A stretch of 64,000 bases of DNA from an uncultured Thermoprotei archaeon (lineage in GTDB: Archaea; Thermoproteota; Thermoprotei; Thermofilales; B15-G2), in contig CBDUKN010000002.1 of assembly GCA_965367815.1 (NCBI GenBank), positions 96,001 to 160,000 on the forward strand, read 5' to 3'. This document shows, one piece after another, positions 1-10,269 of the stretch. A model generated the notes under the pieces. It did not search any database, was not told the origin of the DNA, and saw nothing but the letters and a program-made list of their open reading frames with translations. Both the position numbers and the translations under genes were made by a program. Within the stretch, counting starts at the first letter, position 1. Each line of letters opens with the position of its first letter.

Positions 1-2
1 AC

Positions 3-65
3 TTTATCGACTGTTTGAGAGAAATCGTAGAGAGGTTTGAAAACTATGATTTTACCAATAAATGA
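3..65 (+). CDS. 3' end of an upstream gene (..FIDCLREIVERFENYDFTNK*), possibly Sep-tRNA:Cys-tRNA synthase
   Basis: Open frame from window edge to TGA 63-65, overlapping sepS start; amphipathic helix resembles SepCysS C-terminus; only 20 codons visible. Confidence 0.35.
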   Translation, partial: FIDCLREIVERFENYDFTNK

Positions 66-1557
66 AATCAAGAAAAGACTTAAAGAAAACGAGAACTTCG
101 AGGACCTATGGATAGAATACTCGAATATATATCCAGATAATACTAGAAAAATACCATTAGAAAAATCCATAGGAAAACCTCACCCTGTAATAGACCTAAT
201 ATATAGAATAAGAGAAGCTCTTCTTTCTCTAGGTTTTACTGAAGTAATAAATCCGATATTCATTCCCGCCGAAGATGTCTATAAACAGTACGGCCCAGAA
301 GCCCCAGTAATACTCGACAGAATATACTTTCTGGCAGGCCTCCCGAGACCAGACATAGGACTCAGCACAGAGTACATAAATAGGATAAAGAAAGAAGTAG
401 GTGAAATAGATTTCATTACACTTAAAAACGTTTTAAGAAAATATAGAGAAAGAGAAATAGAGGCAGACGAGCTTCTCGAAGTCTTAAAGAAAGAACTCAA
501 GATAACAGACAAACAGTGCTTAAGACTAATAAGTATTCTCAAAGACTTCTTCGACCTAAAGCCTACTCCTTTAGCCACTACTTTAAGAAGCCACATGACT
601 GCATCCTGGTTTATTACACTCAGCCACATACTAGAGTACCTAGATCCACCTCTAAGGCTCTTTTCAATAGACTGGGTTTTTAGAAGAGAACAACGAGTAG
701 ATAAAAATCATCTACGCTACTATCACTCAGCCTCCATAGTTGTAGTAGACGAAAACTTAAGTGTAAACGCTTCAATAGAATTAACTAAAACTATTCTGAA
801 CAAAATAGGTTTAAATAAAATAAAAATAGTTAAAAAACAAGATACCTCGAGATACTACGCATATAATAGAGAATTCGAAATATACGTAGAACTCCGCGGA
901 AAAATGCATGAAATAGGAACCTTCGGCCTATATTCTCCCATAGCACTAGCCAACTACGATATCCCCTACCCTGTCTACAATTTCGGCTTAGGTGTAGAAA
1001 GACTAGCACAAGTAATATACAATACTGAAGACATAAGAGTCCTAGTATTTCCTTACCTGTACTCAGTAATAAGCGACCAAGATATAGCTTCAAGAATAAA
1101 ACCTATTCTAAGTCCGTCTACTGAATACGGAAAACAAATAGAGAAAATACTCTTATCAAATATAGAAAAATATAGAAGCAAAGCAGGTCCATTTAAAGTA
1201 CACATCTACAGTGACGAAAAAATAGATATCTACTTATATGAACCAGATCCTAAGCCATATGCTGGACCAGCAACATTCAATAAAATTTACGTACACAATG
1301 GAAATATCATCAGTAGTGTAGAAGACCATGAAGGAATATACGTTGGACGCTATATAGACTTCATTGTAAAGAAGTTCGCTAAACTAATTGAAGACAGAAA
1401 AACAGGGTGGATGCGCGTAAGATGGGTTGAAGGCCCAGCCGACGCTAATATTAAGATTTCTCCTAAGATAATGAAATATATTCACGAGAAAAACAGAACG
1501 ATTGATATTAAGGGACCAGTTTTCGTAGATATTATTGTAGAGAAAAAGTCATCATAG
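37..1557 (+). CDS. sepS: O-phosphoseryl-tRNA(Cys) synthetase (SepRS)
   Basis: GKPHPV, GFTEVINP, YKQYGPEAPVILDRIYFLAGLPRPDIG, TLRSHMT, FRREQ, FGLGVERLA, IDIKGPVF motifs; start may be ATG at 46. Confidence 0.93.
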   Translation: MKTMILPINEIKKRLKENENFEDLWIEYSNIYPDNTRKIPLEKSIGKPHPVIDLIYRIREALLSLGFTEVINPIFIPAEDVYKQYGPEAPVILDRIYFLAGLPRPDIGLSTEYINRIKKEVGEIDFITLKNVLRKYREREIEADELLEVLKKELKITDKQCLRLISILKDFFDLKPTPLATTLRSHMTASWFITLSHILEYLDPPLRLFSIDWVFRREQRVDKNHLRYYHSASIVVVDENLSVNASIELTKTILNKIGLNKIKIVKKQDTSRYYAYNREFEIYVELRGKMHEIGTFGLYSPIALANYDIPYPVYNFGLGVERLAQVIYNTEDIRVLVFPYLYSVISDQDIASRIKPILSPSTEYGKQIEKILLSNIEKYRSKAGPFKVHIYSDEKIDIYLYEPDPKPYAGPATFNKIYVHNGNIISSVEDHEGIYVGRYIDFIVKKFAKLIEDRKTGWMRVRWVEGPADANIKISPKIMKYIHEKNRTIDIKGPVFVDIIVEKKSS

Positions 1558-1588
1558 CTCAGCGGCCTGTAGATTCGTCACTGCTCAG
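1549..1588 (-). ncRNA. C/D-box-like guide RNA with rearranged boxes (predicted tRNA-Tyr Cm32 guide)
   Basis: Minus strand CTGA-GCA-GTGACGA-ATCTACAGGCCG-CTGA-GCT-ATGATGA; guide complementary to CGGCCUGUAGA. Confidence 0.55.
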
Positions 1589-2209
1589 CTCCCTAATTGT
1601 ATTTTTGTCTTCTCGATTTATTGTTTTTGATTTAGCTACTTTAATTAAGTACAGTGTTTCGAAGAAAGGGCACTCTTTTTTAGCTACGATTTTTGCTACA
1701 AGTCCATGTTTTTTAATGCTTTTCATTACTTTGTCAATGTTTGTGTAGCTGGAGAAAATGAAATATAGCGGACATTGTCCTTTAAAGAGCTCACTGTACA
1801 TATCTATTAACTTAAGTATTACTTCGCACCCATTTTTTCCACCACACCATGTTATATCTTCCTGTGTTTCTGGTTCGCAGGGAAGATAGGGAGGATTACA
1901 TGCTATTATGTCTACTTTAGCTTCTTTTCTTATTGCTGAGAGGAGGTCTCCGCATACTACATCTATTTTGTCTGCAAGACTGTTTTCTTTGGCGTTTGCT
2001 AGTGTATTGTAACATGCCGTTTTGTTTACATCGATTGCTATAACGTAGGCCTTTTTGGACGCCAATTTAAGTGCTATGAGCCCTGTTCCACAACATACTT
2101 CAATACATATTTTTCCGGCGTCGTCTATGTTATCGTATAGTAAAAAAGTGTCTTCTGAAGGCGAATAAACTCCTTTAAATACTTTTATTTTAAATCCGTT
2201 TATTTCCAT
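1559..2209 (-). CDS. HemK/Mtq2-type release factor glutamine methyltransferase
   Basis: GVYSPSEDTFLL, EVCCGTG SAM motif, NPPY. Confidence 0.88.
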   Translation of the reverse strand: MEINGFKIKVFKGVYSPSEDTFLLYDNIDDAGKICIEVCCGTGLIALKLASKKAYVIAIDVNKTACYNTLANAKENSLADKIDVVCGDLLSAIRKEAKVDIIACNPPYLPCEPETQEDITWCGGKNGCEVILKLIDMYSELFKGQCPLYFIFSSYTNIDKVMKSIKKHGLVAKIVAKKECPFFETLYLIKVAKSKTINREDKNTIRELSSDESTGR

Positions 2210-3303
2210 TAGCCTAGAAGCTTTTCTAGTTTTTCTAATAGTTTTTTCTGGAGGCCTACTTTTTTGCTGAGTCTTTCTTTAAGCATTGAGATTGGTTTTA
2301 TTTGGGCAGGATCTCTTCCGTAGAGAAGTGCTAAATATATGCTTGCTACTCCTCCTAAGTGGCATATGTCGATTATTTTCGCTAGTTTTGTTTCTGCTCT
2401 GCTTTCGAGTTCTATTATTTCTGCGCCGTAGCTTTTCATGATATCTATTGTCGCCTCTATTCTCTCTGTGAGATATTCTTCTTCGTCTCTAAGAACTATT
2501 GCTGTGAATACTTTGGATAGCTCTGTGTCTTCCCATCCGACTATATCGTTGTGGTCTAGTTCTGGGAAGTCTTCGGCTTTAGCTGGTACTTTGCTGTTTT
2601 CATTGAATTCTTTTTTGAGTCTATGTGCTGTTCCTCTGTAGAATGAGTGCCCGTAGATAACAGGTATTTTTTGGTAGAGTCTTTTTGCTAGTTTCATTGC
2701 TTCGTTGTCTTTTTTATCTGGACTAAGGGATTCCTTGTTTTCTTCAAGTATCTTTATTGCTTCACTGTAGTCTATTTTAGGAACTATGTTTAGGCACTCG
2801 AGTATTCTTGTTACTGCGAAAAATAGCTGTGGTAGAGATGCTCTGGGCTGATACCCCGGTCTCAGCAGTATGTGTAGTCCGCCTGTTTTCTCTGCGAATG
2901 TCTTTAGGTATCCTCCTGAAGATATGCTAGCTACCATGCAGTTTTTCTCTATGGCTTGAACGTAGCAAGAAAGTGTTTCCTCGGTATTTCCTGAGTAACT
3001 AATCGCTATGACTAGTGTTTCTTCTCCGCTGTAAGGAGGTAGCGTATAGTCTTTAACTACTTCCATAGGGACTTTTATTTTCTCTCCTAAAGCATCTTTA
3101 ACTAAGTCTCCTGCTATACCTGATCCTCCTAAACCGCATATTACTATGTTCTTTGGAGGAGAGTATTCACGGCAGCCTTGCTTTACGCGGAATTTGCTTG
3201 GACAGGATATATCGAGGCTTAGAATGTAGTTGACTTGATCTACCCAATTTAAATATGTTTTGAGCATTCCTTGTTTATCTACTTTATAGTCGAAGTCTAG
3301 CAC
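2209..3303 (-). CDS. Bifunctional phosphoglucose/phosphomannose isomerase
   Basis: GLGGSG, SYSGNTEETL, QPRA, FNENSK, FPELDHN. Confidence 0.93.
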   Translation of the reverse strand: MLDFDYKVDKQGMLKTYLNWVDQVNYILSLDISCPSKFRVKQGCREYSPPKNIVICGLGGSGIAGDLVKDALGEKIKVPMEVVKDYTLPPYSGEETLVIAISYSGNTEETLSCYVQAIEKNCMVASISSGGYLKTFAEKTGGLHILLRPGYQPRASLPQLFFAVTRILECLNIVPKIDYSEAIKILEENKESLSPDKKDNEAMKLAKRLYQKIPVIYGHSFYRGTAHRLKKEFNENSKVPAKAEDFPELDHNDIVGWEDTELSKVFTAIVLRDEEEYLTERIEATIDIMKSYGAEIIELESRAETKLAKIIDICHLGGVASIYLALLYGRDPAQIKPISMLKERLSKKVGLQKKLLEKLEKLLG

Positions 3304-3363
3304 AAGAAGAAGTAGTATAAATAGATATTAAGTTTATTGGATTAGCTAAGACTATGAGCAAAA

Positions 3364-4068
3364 CTAGCGGCGAGCAGGTACTGTGAGCGCTTTTGCTAGT
3401 TTCTTTCTCCTCCATACTGAGTATTCGTGCATTACTAGGAATAATGCTACTATTACTAGTACTATTAGGACTATTAGCCCGATGAATTCTGGTAATGTGA
3501 GACTCCATCCCGCAATTGATATGAATATGTCTAGCTGCAGAGTTATTCTAGAAGTTTCCATGCCTTTTATAGTTACTTCAGCTGACGCCTCTTTTCCTCC
3601 ATATGTTGCTTTAACTTTATATGTTGCTTGGGGCAGTTCTGTGACGTAGAGGCCAGAGGCATCTGTTGCGCCTGTTTCTACTACTTTTTCACCGTAGATT
3701 ATTGTTACTGTAGCGCCTTGAATTTCTTGACCTCTTGCTCCTACTACTTTTACTTCAAGGCAGCCTATTTCTCTACACAGTATTACTGGGTTGTAGTATG
3801 TGACTGTATACGTAACACCTATTGGTACTCCTTTCCACTCGATAATAGTCACATTTGCTTTACCTAGAGGAACGTTTCTCAGTGTTAGTTGGCCGTTTGC
3901 GTCTAGTACTGCTTCAAAGCTTTCTCCCGTTACATAAGTTACTCTTACTTTTGCTCCAGCGAGTGGTTTTTTATGCGGAGTAGATATTGATGGCTGAGCA
4001 TAAGTAGTAGTGCCGAGTATTAAACAACACAGAGCCAATACTATTACAAGTGAGTTAATTCTCATCAA
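3364..4068 (-). CDS. Membrane-anchored protein with two carboxypeptidase-regulatory-like beta-sandwich domains
   Basis: Signal peptide, repeated GA(K/T)V.(V/I)..G..D..G motif, C-terminal TM and basic tail. Confidence 0.7.
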   Translation of the reverse strand: MMRINSLVIVLALCCLILGTTTYAQPSISTPHKKPLAGAKVRVTYVTGESFEAVLDANGQLTLRNVPLGKANVTIIEWKGVPIGVTYTVTYYNPVILCREIGCLEVKVVGARGQEIQGATVTIIYGEKVVETGATDASGLYVTELPQATYKVKATYGGKEASAEVTIKGMETSRITLQLDIFISIAGWSLTLPEFIGLIVLIVLVIVALFLVMHEYSVWRRKKLAKALTVPARR

Positions 4069-4107
4069 GAATAGAAGTCTTCAAAGAAAATAAAAACTTA
4101 TCTATGG

Positions 4108-5403
4108 TTAGAGACTAATTCTACCCTTCTTTACTCCAGCCTTCTCTCTTTCGGGAGCTGTTATCTCGAAGAGTTTCTTGATTAGCTCTTCTTCTTCTGG
4201 TGGTAAAGGCTGTTTTCTTCTAGCCTTCATTCTGCGCTGTGTTTCGACAACCGAGTCTACGTATAATTCCACTAGTACTCCTCCTAGAGACTTCGCGTAG
4301 AATGTGAATGAAGGGACATCTGAAGTAATGTAGCCGTGTACTTGTGATGCTAAGCCTATTCTTTTGCCTGTGTAGATGTATGTTCCTATAGCTGTTTTAG
4401 CCATGTCGCCTATAAAGCAGCCTACTTTCTTCATACCAGTGTCTATTTTCTGTCCTCTTATTGTTAGTCTGACTGTTCCGTAGGTGTTCTTTAAGTCGCT
4501 ATTAGTGGTCATAGCGCCTATGTTGACCCATTCGCAGACGTAAGCGTGGCCTATGAAGCCTGCATGGTACTTGTTTGAGAAACCGTGCATTACAGATTCT
4601 TCGAATTCTCCTCCTACTCTACATATGTCTCCAATGTTGCTTCCTTCTCGTATTTGAGCTCCGCCCACGATTATAGTGTCTTTGCCTATGTATGTTGGTC
4701 CCTCTATTCTGGCTCCTGCTTGGACTTTAGTGCCGTCTCCAATGTATACTGGTCCTGTTCGTGCTTCAATTACTACGTATGGCTCTATTTCAACATCTTT
4801 GCCTATGTAGACATTCTTCCTGTCGCCTGTTATTGTTACATCGACTCCGCTTTCCCATTCTTTGCCTACGAACTCTTTCAGGTCTTTGGCTATCATTTCT
4901 GAGTTTACTTTGATTATGTCCCAGGGGAATCTAGCTAAAGTGATGTCTGGGACTTCTATTTTCTCTACTTTTTCTTTAATTGCTTCGTATACTTCAGATG
5001 AAACTGGCTTCATGAAGTACTGTGAAATTTCTTTCGCTAGACTGGCTGAAGCCTTTATTGCTACTATATCTCTTTCCGACAAAACTATGCAGTCTCCTTT
5101 CCTTTCTTTTAGTTTAGATAAGAGTTCTTCGAATTTCTCGTTGAATACGACTTTTCCGTTAATAAATAGTGTTTCGTCGTCTACCTCCTTGTTAATATAC
5201 ACGTTGCTGTAGCCTTCGTGTTTCATTCTCCATTCAAAGTATTTTGCGAGATAATCTCTCATGTATAAGAAGACTTTATCGGAGATTTTTGTGGCTCTGT
5301 CTATTAAGGTATATACTCCTATTCTCAGTGCATAGGCTGGGCGCATATAGGTTAACGGGTATAGAAGATCGTAGTCTGCGTCTTCAAACAGAGCTATATA
5401 CAT
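4108..5403 (-). CDS. GlmU-related sugar nucleotidyltransferase/acetyltransferase with hexapeptide repeats
   Basis: LYPLTYMRPAYALRIG N-terminus, left-handed beta-helix repeats, SNKYHAGFIGH, NSDLKNTY. Confidence 0.8.
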   Translation of the reverse strand: MYIALFEDADYDLLYPLTYMRPAYALRIGVYTLIDRATKISDKVFLYMRDYLAKYFEWRMKHEGYSNVYINKEVDDETLFINGKVVFNEKFEELLSKLKERKGDCIVLSERDIVAIKASASLAKEISQYFMKPVSSEVYEAIKEKVEKIEVPDITLARFPWDIIKVNSEMIAKDLKEFVGKEWESGVDVTITGDRKNVYIGKDVEIEPYVVIEARTGPVYIGDGTKVQAGARIEGPTYIGKDTIIVGGAQIREGSNIGDICRVGGEFEESVMHGFSNKYHAGFIGHAYVCEWVNIGAMTTNSDLKNTYGTVRLTIRGQKIDTGMKKVGCFIGDMAKTAIGTYIYTGKRIGLASQVHGYITSDVPSFTFYAKSLGGVLVELYVDSVVETQRRMKARRKQPLPPEEEELIKKLFEITAPEREKAGVKKGRISL

Positions 5404-5521
5404 GTATTACTCACCCTCTTTAGCTTCTTTAATACTCCTTAAAAATCTTTCTTTCTAATATAAAATGGCTTAATGCCTGAAGGTTACCATATTCTTAAAT
5501 AGTGTTAGTTCTTATGGTTAA

Positions 5522-6898
5522 GTGATGGTTATTAAGAATAAAAAAGAGCTTCTGAACCACGGTGAAGTAGAGGCAAGAGAAAAAGTACTTGAAATTCTTG
5601 AAGAAGGCTTAAAGGCGGCTGATCCCGAAATAGCTATTAAAAGGAATGTTGTTTTGAGAAACAGTACTGCTGTTTTCGGCGGAAAAGTAGAGGTTGATCT
5701 GAGTCGATTTGAGAATATTGTGGTTGTCGGTGCAGGTAAAGCTTCTGGAGGAATGGGGCAAGCAATTGAAGAAATTTTCAGAGATAGGCTTACCTGTGGA
5801 GTAGTTATTGTACCGAGGGGGATCGCTTCTAAGTATGTTTGCAAGAAAATAAAATTGATTGAGGCAGATCACCCAGTACCTACTGAGAAGAACATAATGG
5901 CTGCCGAAGAAGTAGTTTCTATTATTGAAAAGTACTCGGGAGAGAATACCTTATTTATTTGCTTGATTTCAGGAGGAGGGTCTGCTTTACTCACTATGCC
6001 TCGCAGAGGGCTCACTATAGAGGATATGCAGGAATTGACTAGACTTCTGCTTAAATGTGGAGCAGATATCACTGAAGTAAATACTGTTAGAAAGCACTTA
6101 TCTGAAGTAAAGGGAGGGCTTTTAGCTAAGAAAGCTTATCCTTCGCGAGTTGTAAGTCTTATAATATCTGATGTAGTAGGAGACCCCGTCGAGTACATAG
6201 CTTCAGGACCTACTGCTCCTGACTCTTCGACATTTAGAGATGCTGTAGAAATACTCAGGAGATACAATGTGTGGGATAAAGTATCTGATAAGGTAAAGTC
6301 TATTTTGCTTAAAGGGTGCAGAAGAGAAATACCTGAAACTCCTAAGCCTGGAGACCCTATTTTTGCTAAAATATCGAACATTATTATAGCTAGCAATAAA
6401 TTATCGCTAGAAGCTATGAAGAAAAAGTGCTTAGATCTCGGATTAAAGCCTGTTATACTCACGTCGTTTTTAGAAGGAGAAGCTAGACACGTAGGCAGAG
6501 TTTTAGCTTCAATAGCTAAAGAAGTAGCGCTTCACAGAAGTTTAGTTAAACCTCCTTGTGCTCTGCTGGCTGGAGGAGAAACAACTGTGACTGTAAAAGG
6601 AAGTGGACGCGGAGGAAGAAATCAAGAACTAGTTTTAGGCTTTGCTTTAGCTATAAGTGGCTTTAGAAAAATGACTTTCGCGTCTATTGGCAGCGACGGT
6701 ATAGATGGGGTAACTGATGCTGCCGGAGCAATATGCGATGGATATACAATAGAGCGAGGGAGAGAATTATGTCTCGACCCCTATGTTTTCCTGGAAGACA
6801 ATAATACTTACGAGTACTTCAAGAAGCTAAATGACTTAATATTTACAGGCCCTACTGGAACAAACGTTAACGACTTATCTGTAGCAGTAATACTCTAG
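5522..6898 (+). CDS. Glycerate 2-kinase (MOFRL family)
   Basis: GAGKAS, HPVP, LISGGGSAL, GGETTV, GRGGRNQE, TGPTGTNVND. Confidence 0.93.
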   Translation: MMVIKNKKELLNHGEVEAREKVLEILEEGLKAADPEIAIKRNVVLRNSTAVFGGKVEVDLSRFENIVVVGAGKASGGMGQAIEEIFRDRLTCGVVIVPRGIASKYVCKKIKLIEADHPVPTEKNIMAAEEVVSIIEKYSGENTLFICLISGGGSALLTMPRRGLTIEDMQELTRLLLKCGADITEVNTVRKHLSEVKGGLLAKKAYPSRVVSLIISDVVGDPVEYIASGPTAPDSSTFRDAVEILRRYNVWDKVSDKVKSILLKGCRREIPETPKPGDPIFAKISNIIIASNKLSLEAMKKKCLDLGLKPVILTSFLEGEARHVGRVLASIAKEVALHRSLVKPPCALLAGGETTVTVKGSGRGGRNQELVLGFALAISGFRKMTFASIGSDGIDGVTDAAGAICDGYTIERGRELCLDPYVFLEDNNTYEYFKKLNDLIFTGPTGTNVNDLSVAVIL

Positions 6899-6899
6899 T

Positions 6900-7205
6900 T
6901 TAACCTTTTTTAAGCCCGAGAATAAGGCCTACTGAGAAGCTTGCTGCAAAAGGTATCTGCGACTTGATGTATTCTTGAAGTCCTGAAGCCTTGCTTGAAG
7001 CAATCTGAATAATACTGTAGATTACTTCAGCTAGTCTGTCGTAGTTTATCGTAATTATTCTGCTATAGTCCAGGTAAAGTAGTATAGCCATAAATATGCC
7101 CAATACTAGCAGTAAGAATTTGACTATTTTCTTGATAGTGTATCCTGTAGAAAATCCTAGTATTCCTCCTACCCCTATCTGAAAAACAAGCTGCTCTACT
7201 ACCAC
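6900..7205 (-). CDS. FUN14-family small membrane protein
   Basis: GVGGILGFSTGYTIKKIVK, three hydrophobic segments, GLKKG end. Confidence 0.8.
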   Translation of the reverse strand: MVVEQLVFQIGVGGILGFSTGYTIKKIVKFLLLVLGIFMAILLYLDYSRIITINYDRLAEVIYSIIQIASSKASGLQEYIKSQIPFAASFSVGLILGLKKG

Positions 7206-7220
7206 AGAAACTTCTAGCCT

Positions 7221-7964
7221 TCAAGTAATATATTGTTGGCGAGACTTTCCTTCAAGAGTATCTCTGAGTGATACTAGAGTATTTACTGCACTATCAATGT
7301 CTGTATAGAAAGTTGTCGCTTTTATAGAAGCTATACCACTTGAAACAAGATCTTTCACTATAGTGAAGCCTAGTTCACTTAATATTTTCTTTACTTTTTC
7401 GGCTTCGGATTCATCCCCTATAATGAACAAGTCTAGTGTTATTGTATTTTTATCTATATTTCCTTCAATTCTTAAAGTAGCTTTAGGTAAGCTGAAAACT
7501 TTTCTAAACTTTAATCTACTTTCGCTTCTATATACTAGGAATCCTTCTTTCATTAAGTTGCTTAAAAAATCAATTACTTCTACTTTAACTTTACTTACTT
7601 CTTTTCTTATTTCATCGAGAACTTCATCTATTCTATCTTCTAGTTCATTTACATCTGAGTATATTTCATCTGCTAGTAACATGACATCTATTCTGTCTTC
7701 ACGTCTAACTACAGCTGCATAGTCGCTAAATATTTCTTTAAGAGCTTTAGCTAGCTTTATTGAAGATGGCCTGAATACAAAGTACCTCAGTGAAATTTCA
7801 GGAGATTTTTCGTTAACTGATACTGCTACGGAGCACTTGTGTCCAAGTAGACTGTATTCTCTCATTAAGTATACTTCGCTTCCGGATTTATGGCTTAGTT
7901 TCCACCCTGATTTTTCTAGAGAGTCGAGTAATTCGTAGAACTTTTCTTCAGACATTTCGATCAC
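7221..7964 (-). CDS. Hypothetical protein (apparent tandem alpha/beta repeats)
   Basis: 247-aa ORF coupled to upstream ATPase by GTGA overlap; no recognised motif. Confidence 0.65.
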   Translation of the reverse strand: MIEMSEEKFYELLDSLEKSGWKLSHKSGSEVYLMREYSLLGHKCSVAVSVNEKSPEISLRYFVFRPSSIKLAKALKEIFSDYAAVVRREDRIDVMLLADEIYSDVNELEDRIDEVLDEIRKEVSKVKVEVIDFLSNLMKEGFLVYRSESRLKFRKVFSLPKATLRIEGNIDKNTITLDLFIIGDESEAEKVKKILSELGFTIVKDLVSSGIASIKATTFYTDIDSAVNTLVSLRDTLEGKSRQQYIT

Positions 7965-9652
7965 TTTCTTCTATATATTCTGCTACCCTTTATGTAAAAG
8001 TATTTTCTATATTTTTCTACTAGTTCCCTGACATACTTTTCATCCTTTTTGAGAAGCTTACAGACACTTCTAATGCTACGCCAGCTTTGTATGAAGTCAA
8101 GTAAAATGCTTAAGTAGTCTTCTTTAGGCACTTTAATAGCTTCTTCTACTTTTCTAGGAACTTCTATTTTTTCTTCTACTGGTTTTTCTTCTAGAGTTAA
8201 TTCAATTACTTCACTCTCCATTAATGAATCTAACTCCGTCACCGATCTAAAGAAGCTGGCGTACTCCCTGAATAGTTTCTCTCTTTCCGAATTGGTTAGC
8301 TGATCACTACATATTATTCCAACTAAAGGATATAGTATTTCTTCAAACTCTATATTTAGTGACGCTATTTTTGGATTATAACTGAAATCTTTTCCAATAA
8401 GGTTTATAACAATTATTTTACTGTATTTGCTTAGTAATTTATTTAATGCCTCAATATCGGTGTCTGAAGCTATAATTTTTACTGGAATTTTTCCCTTACT
8501 TAACTCGATGTAGCCTTCTGCAGAGTCTACCGGAGTACGAATAAATATTATTCCTGGAATTCTGTAAAGAACTTCACTTATAATGCCTTCTGCAGCTATT
8601 TCAAGTCCTTCTCCTGTTTTGAATTTCTCTTCTCCTATTTCAAACAATTTATATTTATTGAAGAGCATTATTTTTTCTAGAAGACTGATTACCATAAGGT
8701 TACATCTCCTAATATCGAGTGTAGTGTCTAGCTTCTTGTATGTTATTACTTTATATACGAGATTGAGTTCCTTCGGCGAAAACTTCGTTTCCTTTACTTT
8801 TTCTATTAATGCAGCTAGTTTCGCTACTGCATAATTCACTTTGTCTAAATACTTACCTGGCGACGCTACTGTAAATGCTCCGCTGAATGTCCTGTTCAAG
8901 AAAGGGTCTATAGCATTCCATTTTCTTAGTTGATAGTAAGCTTCTGTTGTAGTGTAAAATATGTAGAGTACTCTTGTGGCTCTATCGTATATTTCTCGGA
9001 ATAGTTTTCCATATTCCTTATATTTGCTGTAGTTCCCGTACCACAGGTCGCATTCATCTACTTGTATTAGAATAATCCATGATTTTTTATTGACAAGATC
9101 TATTAATGATGAAATGATAGGTAAAATTTCGTCAACTAAGCTTTCTACATGTTCTTTTTCCTCAGATATTTTTCTTTCAGCTAGCCTGTATTCAGCTAGG
9201 ATTTCTAGTAGCTGTTCTTTTTCGGGTTCAATTATTTTATTTGACGAGAGAAGTAGAGCAGATATTGTTAAAACTATTGTTTTTAGTAGCGAGAAGATTC
9301 TTGTTGATGCTGAGAAGGAAAATTCTATTATTCTGTGTGAACTATCTATTTTCTTTACTATCTCTTTAACATACTCAAATGTTTGTGACTTGGATCCTCC
9401 GAATGGCGCTATGTAGAATACTAGGTATTTTCCTTCATCTTTTTTCAAGTCCTCAAATAGTTTAGTTACTAGTTCTCTAAATTCTTTTAAGCCATGTATG
9501 TCTACGAGAATTTTAGATAAGCTTACTGGAGATACTTTAGAGTATTCTATAGGTGTAGAGCTTTTTAATTTCTGATAAATGTATTTACATATATCTAAAG
9601 GTATTGTAGTAAAAGTTTTGCGCTCTTCTTCGAGTAGTTCACTAATATTCAT
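7961..9652 (-). CDS. Divergent AAA+ P-loop protein with possible degenerate nuclease fold and C-terminal wHTH
   Basis: Walker A-like APFGGSKS, Walker B IILIQVDE; start set at ATG 9652 after SD GAGGTGA. Confidence 0.65.
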   Translation of the reverse strand: MNISELLEEERKTFTTIPLDICKYIYQKLKSSTPIEYSKVSPVSLSKILVDIHGLKEFRELVTKLFEDLKKDEGKYLVFYIAPFGGSKSQTFEYVKEIVKKIDSSHRIIEFSFSASTRIFSLLKTIVLTISALLLSSNKIIEPEKEQLLEILAEYRLAERKISEEKEHVESLVDEILPIISSLIDLVNKKSWIILIQVDECDLWYGNYSKYKEYGKLFREIYDRATRVLYIFYTTTEAYYQLRKWNAIDPFLNRTFSGAFTVASPGKYLDKVNYAVAKLAALIEKVKETKFSPKELNLVYKVITYKKLDTTLDIRRCNLMVISLLEKIMLFNKYKLFEIGEEKFKTGEGLEIAAEGIISEVLYRIPGIIFIRTPVDSAEGYIELSKGKIPVKIIASDTDIEALNKLLSKYSKIIVINLIGKDFSYNPKIASLNIEFEEILYPLVGIICSDQLTNSEREKLFREYASFFRSVTELDSLMESEVIELTLEEKPVEEKIEVPRKVEEAIKVPKEDYLSILLDFIQSWRSIRSVCKLLKKDEKYVRELVEKYRKYFYIKGSRIYRRK

Positions 9653-10269
9653 TGACTCACCTCGCAGGTGATTGCGCAAGAGTGTCTCCAAGGTTTTTTA
9701 ACTATAAGGAAACCTTTATCTAATCCCTTCTCTCTATCAGCTTCTATCCACATAATATTAGGATATTTTTCAGCTATTTCAGATATATTTGTTTTCAAAA
9801 TAGTTTTCGAAACTATTTCCGCTACTCTGTAGTCAAGTACTACTGGAAAACCGCTGCTTTTCACTTGGCTGTAAAAGCATGGCATGAGAGTAGATAGTTC
9901 TATTGGTATGTCGCTGATTTGTATATCGCCTAGCGCTAGCATTACTATTAGTGCTGAATCTACTTTATTTTCCGATAAACCTTTATTTCTTAAGGCTTCG
10001 TAAACTTCACCTAATCTCTTTTTCTTAAGACTTTTAATTACTTGAGCTACATAGAGTTCTTCAGCGAATATTAGCGGATTAGTCCAGTAGACTTTACTTC
10101 TACCTACTTTCTTTACTTTAATTTTATTCTCTTCGATCAGTTTATTTAATATGCTATTCAGAGTTTGCCTTTTAATACTAAAATATTTTTCTATCTCTTT
10201 TTTATTCAATGGCTCCTTTAATAGATATAACAATATTATATTTTCTATTAAATTATTTTCACTTATCAT
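9649..10269 (-). CDS. Winged-helix DNA-binding protein
   Basis: N-terminal wHTH (KEIEKYFSIKRQTLNSILNKLIEENKIKVKKVGRSKVY); ATGA overlaps at both ends. Confidence 0.7.
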   Translation of the reverse strand: MISENNLIENIILLYLLKEPLNKKEIEKYFSIKRQTLNSILNKLIEENKIKVKKVGRSKVYWTNPLIFAEELYVAQVIKSLKKKRLGEVYEALRNKGLSENKVDSALIVMLALGDIQISDIPIELSTLMPCFYSQVKSSGFPVVLDYRVAEIVSKTILKTNISEIAEKYPNIMWIEADREKGLDKGFLIVKKPWRHSCAITCEVSQ

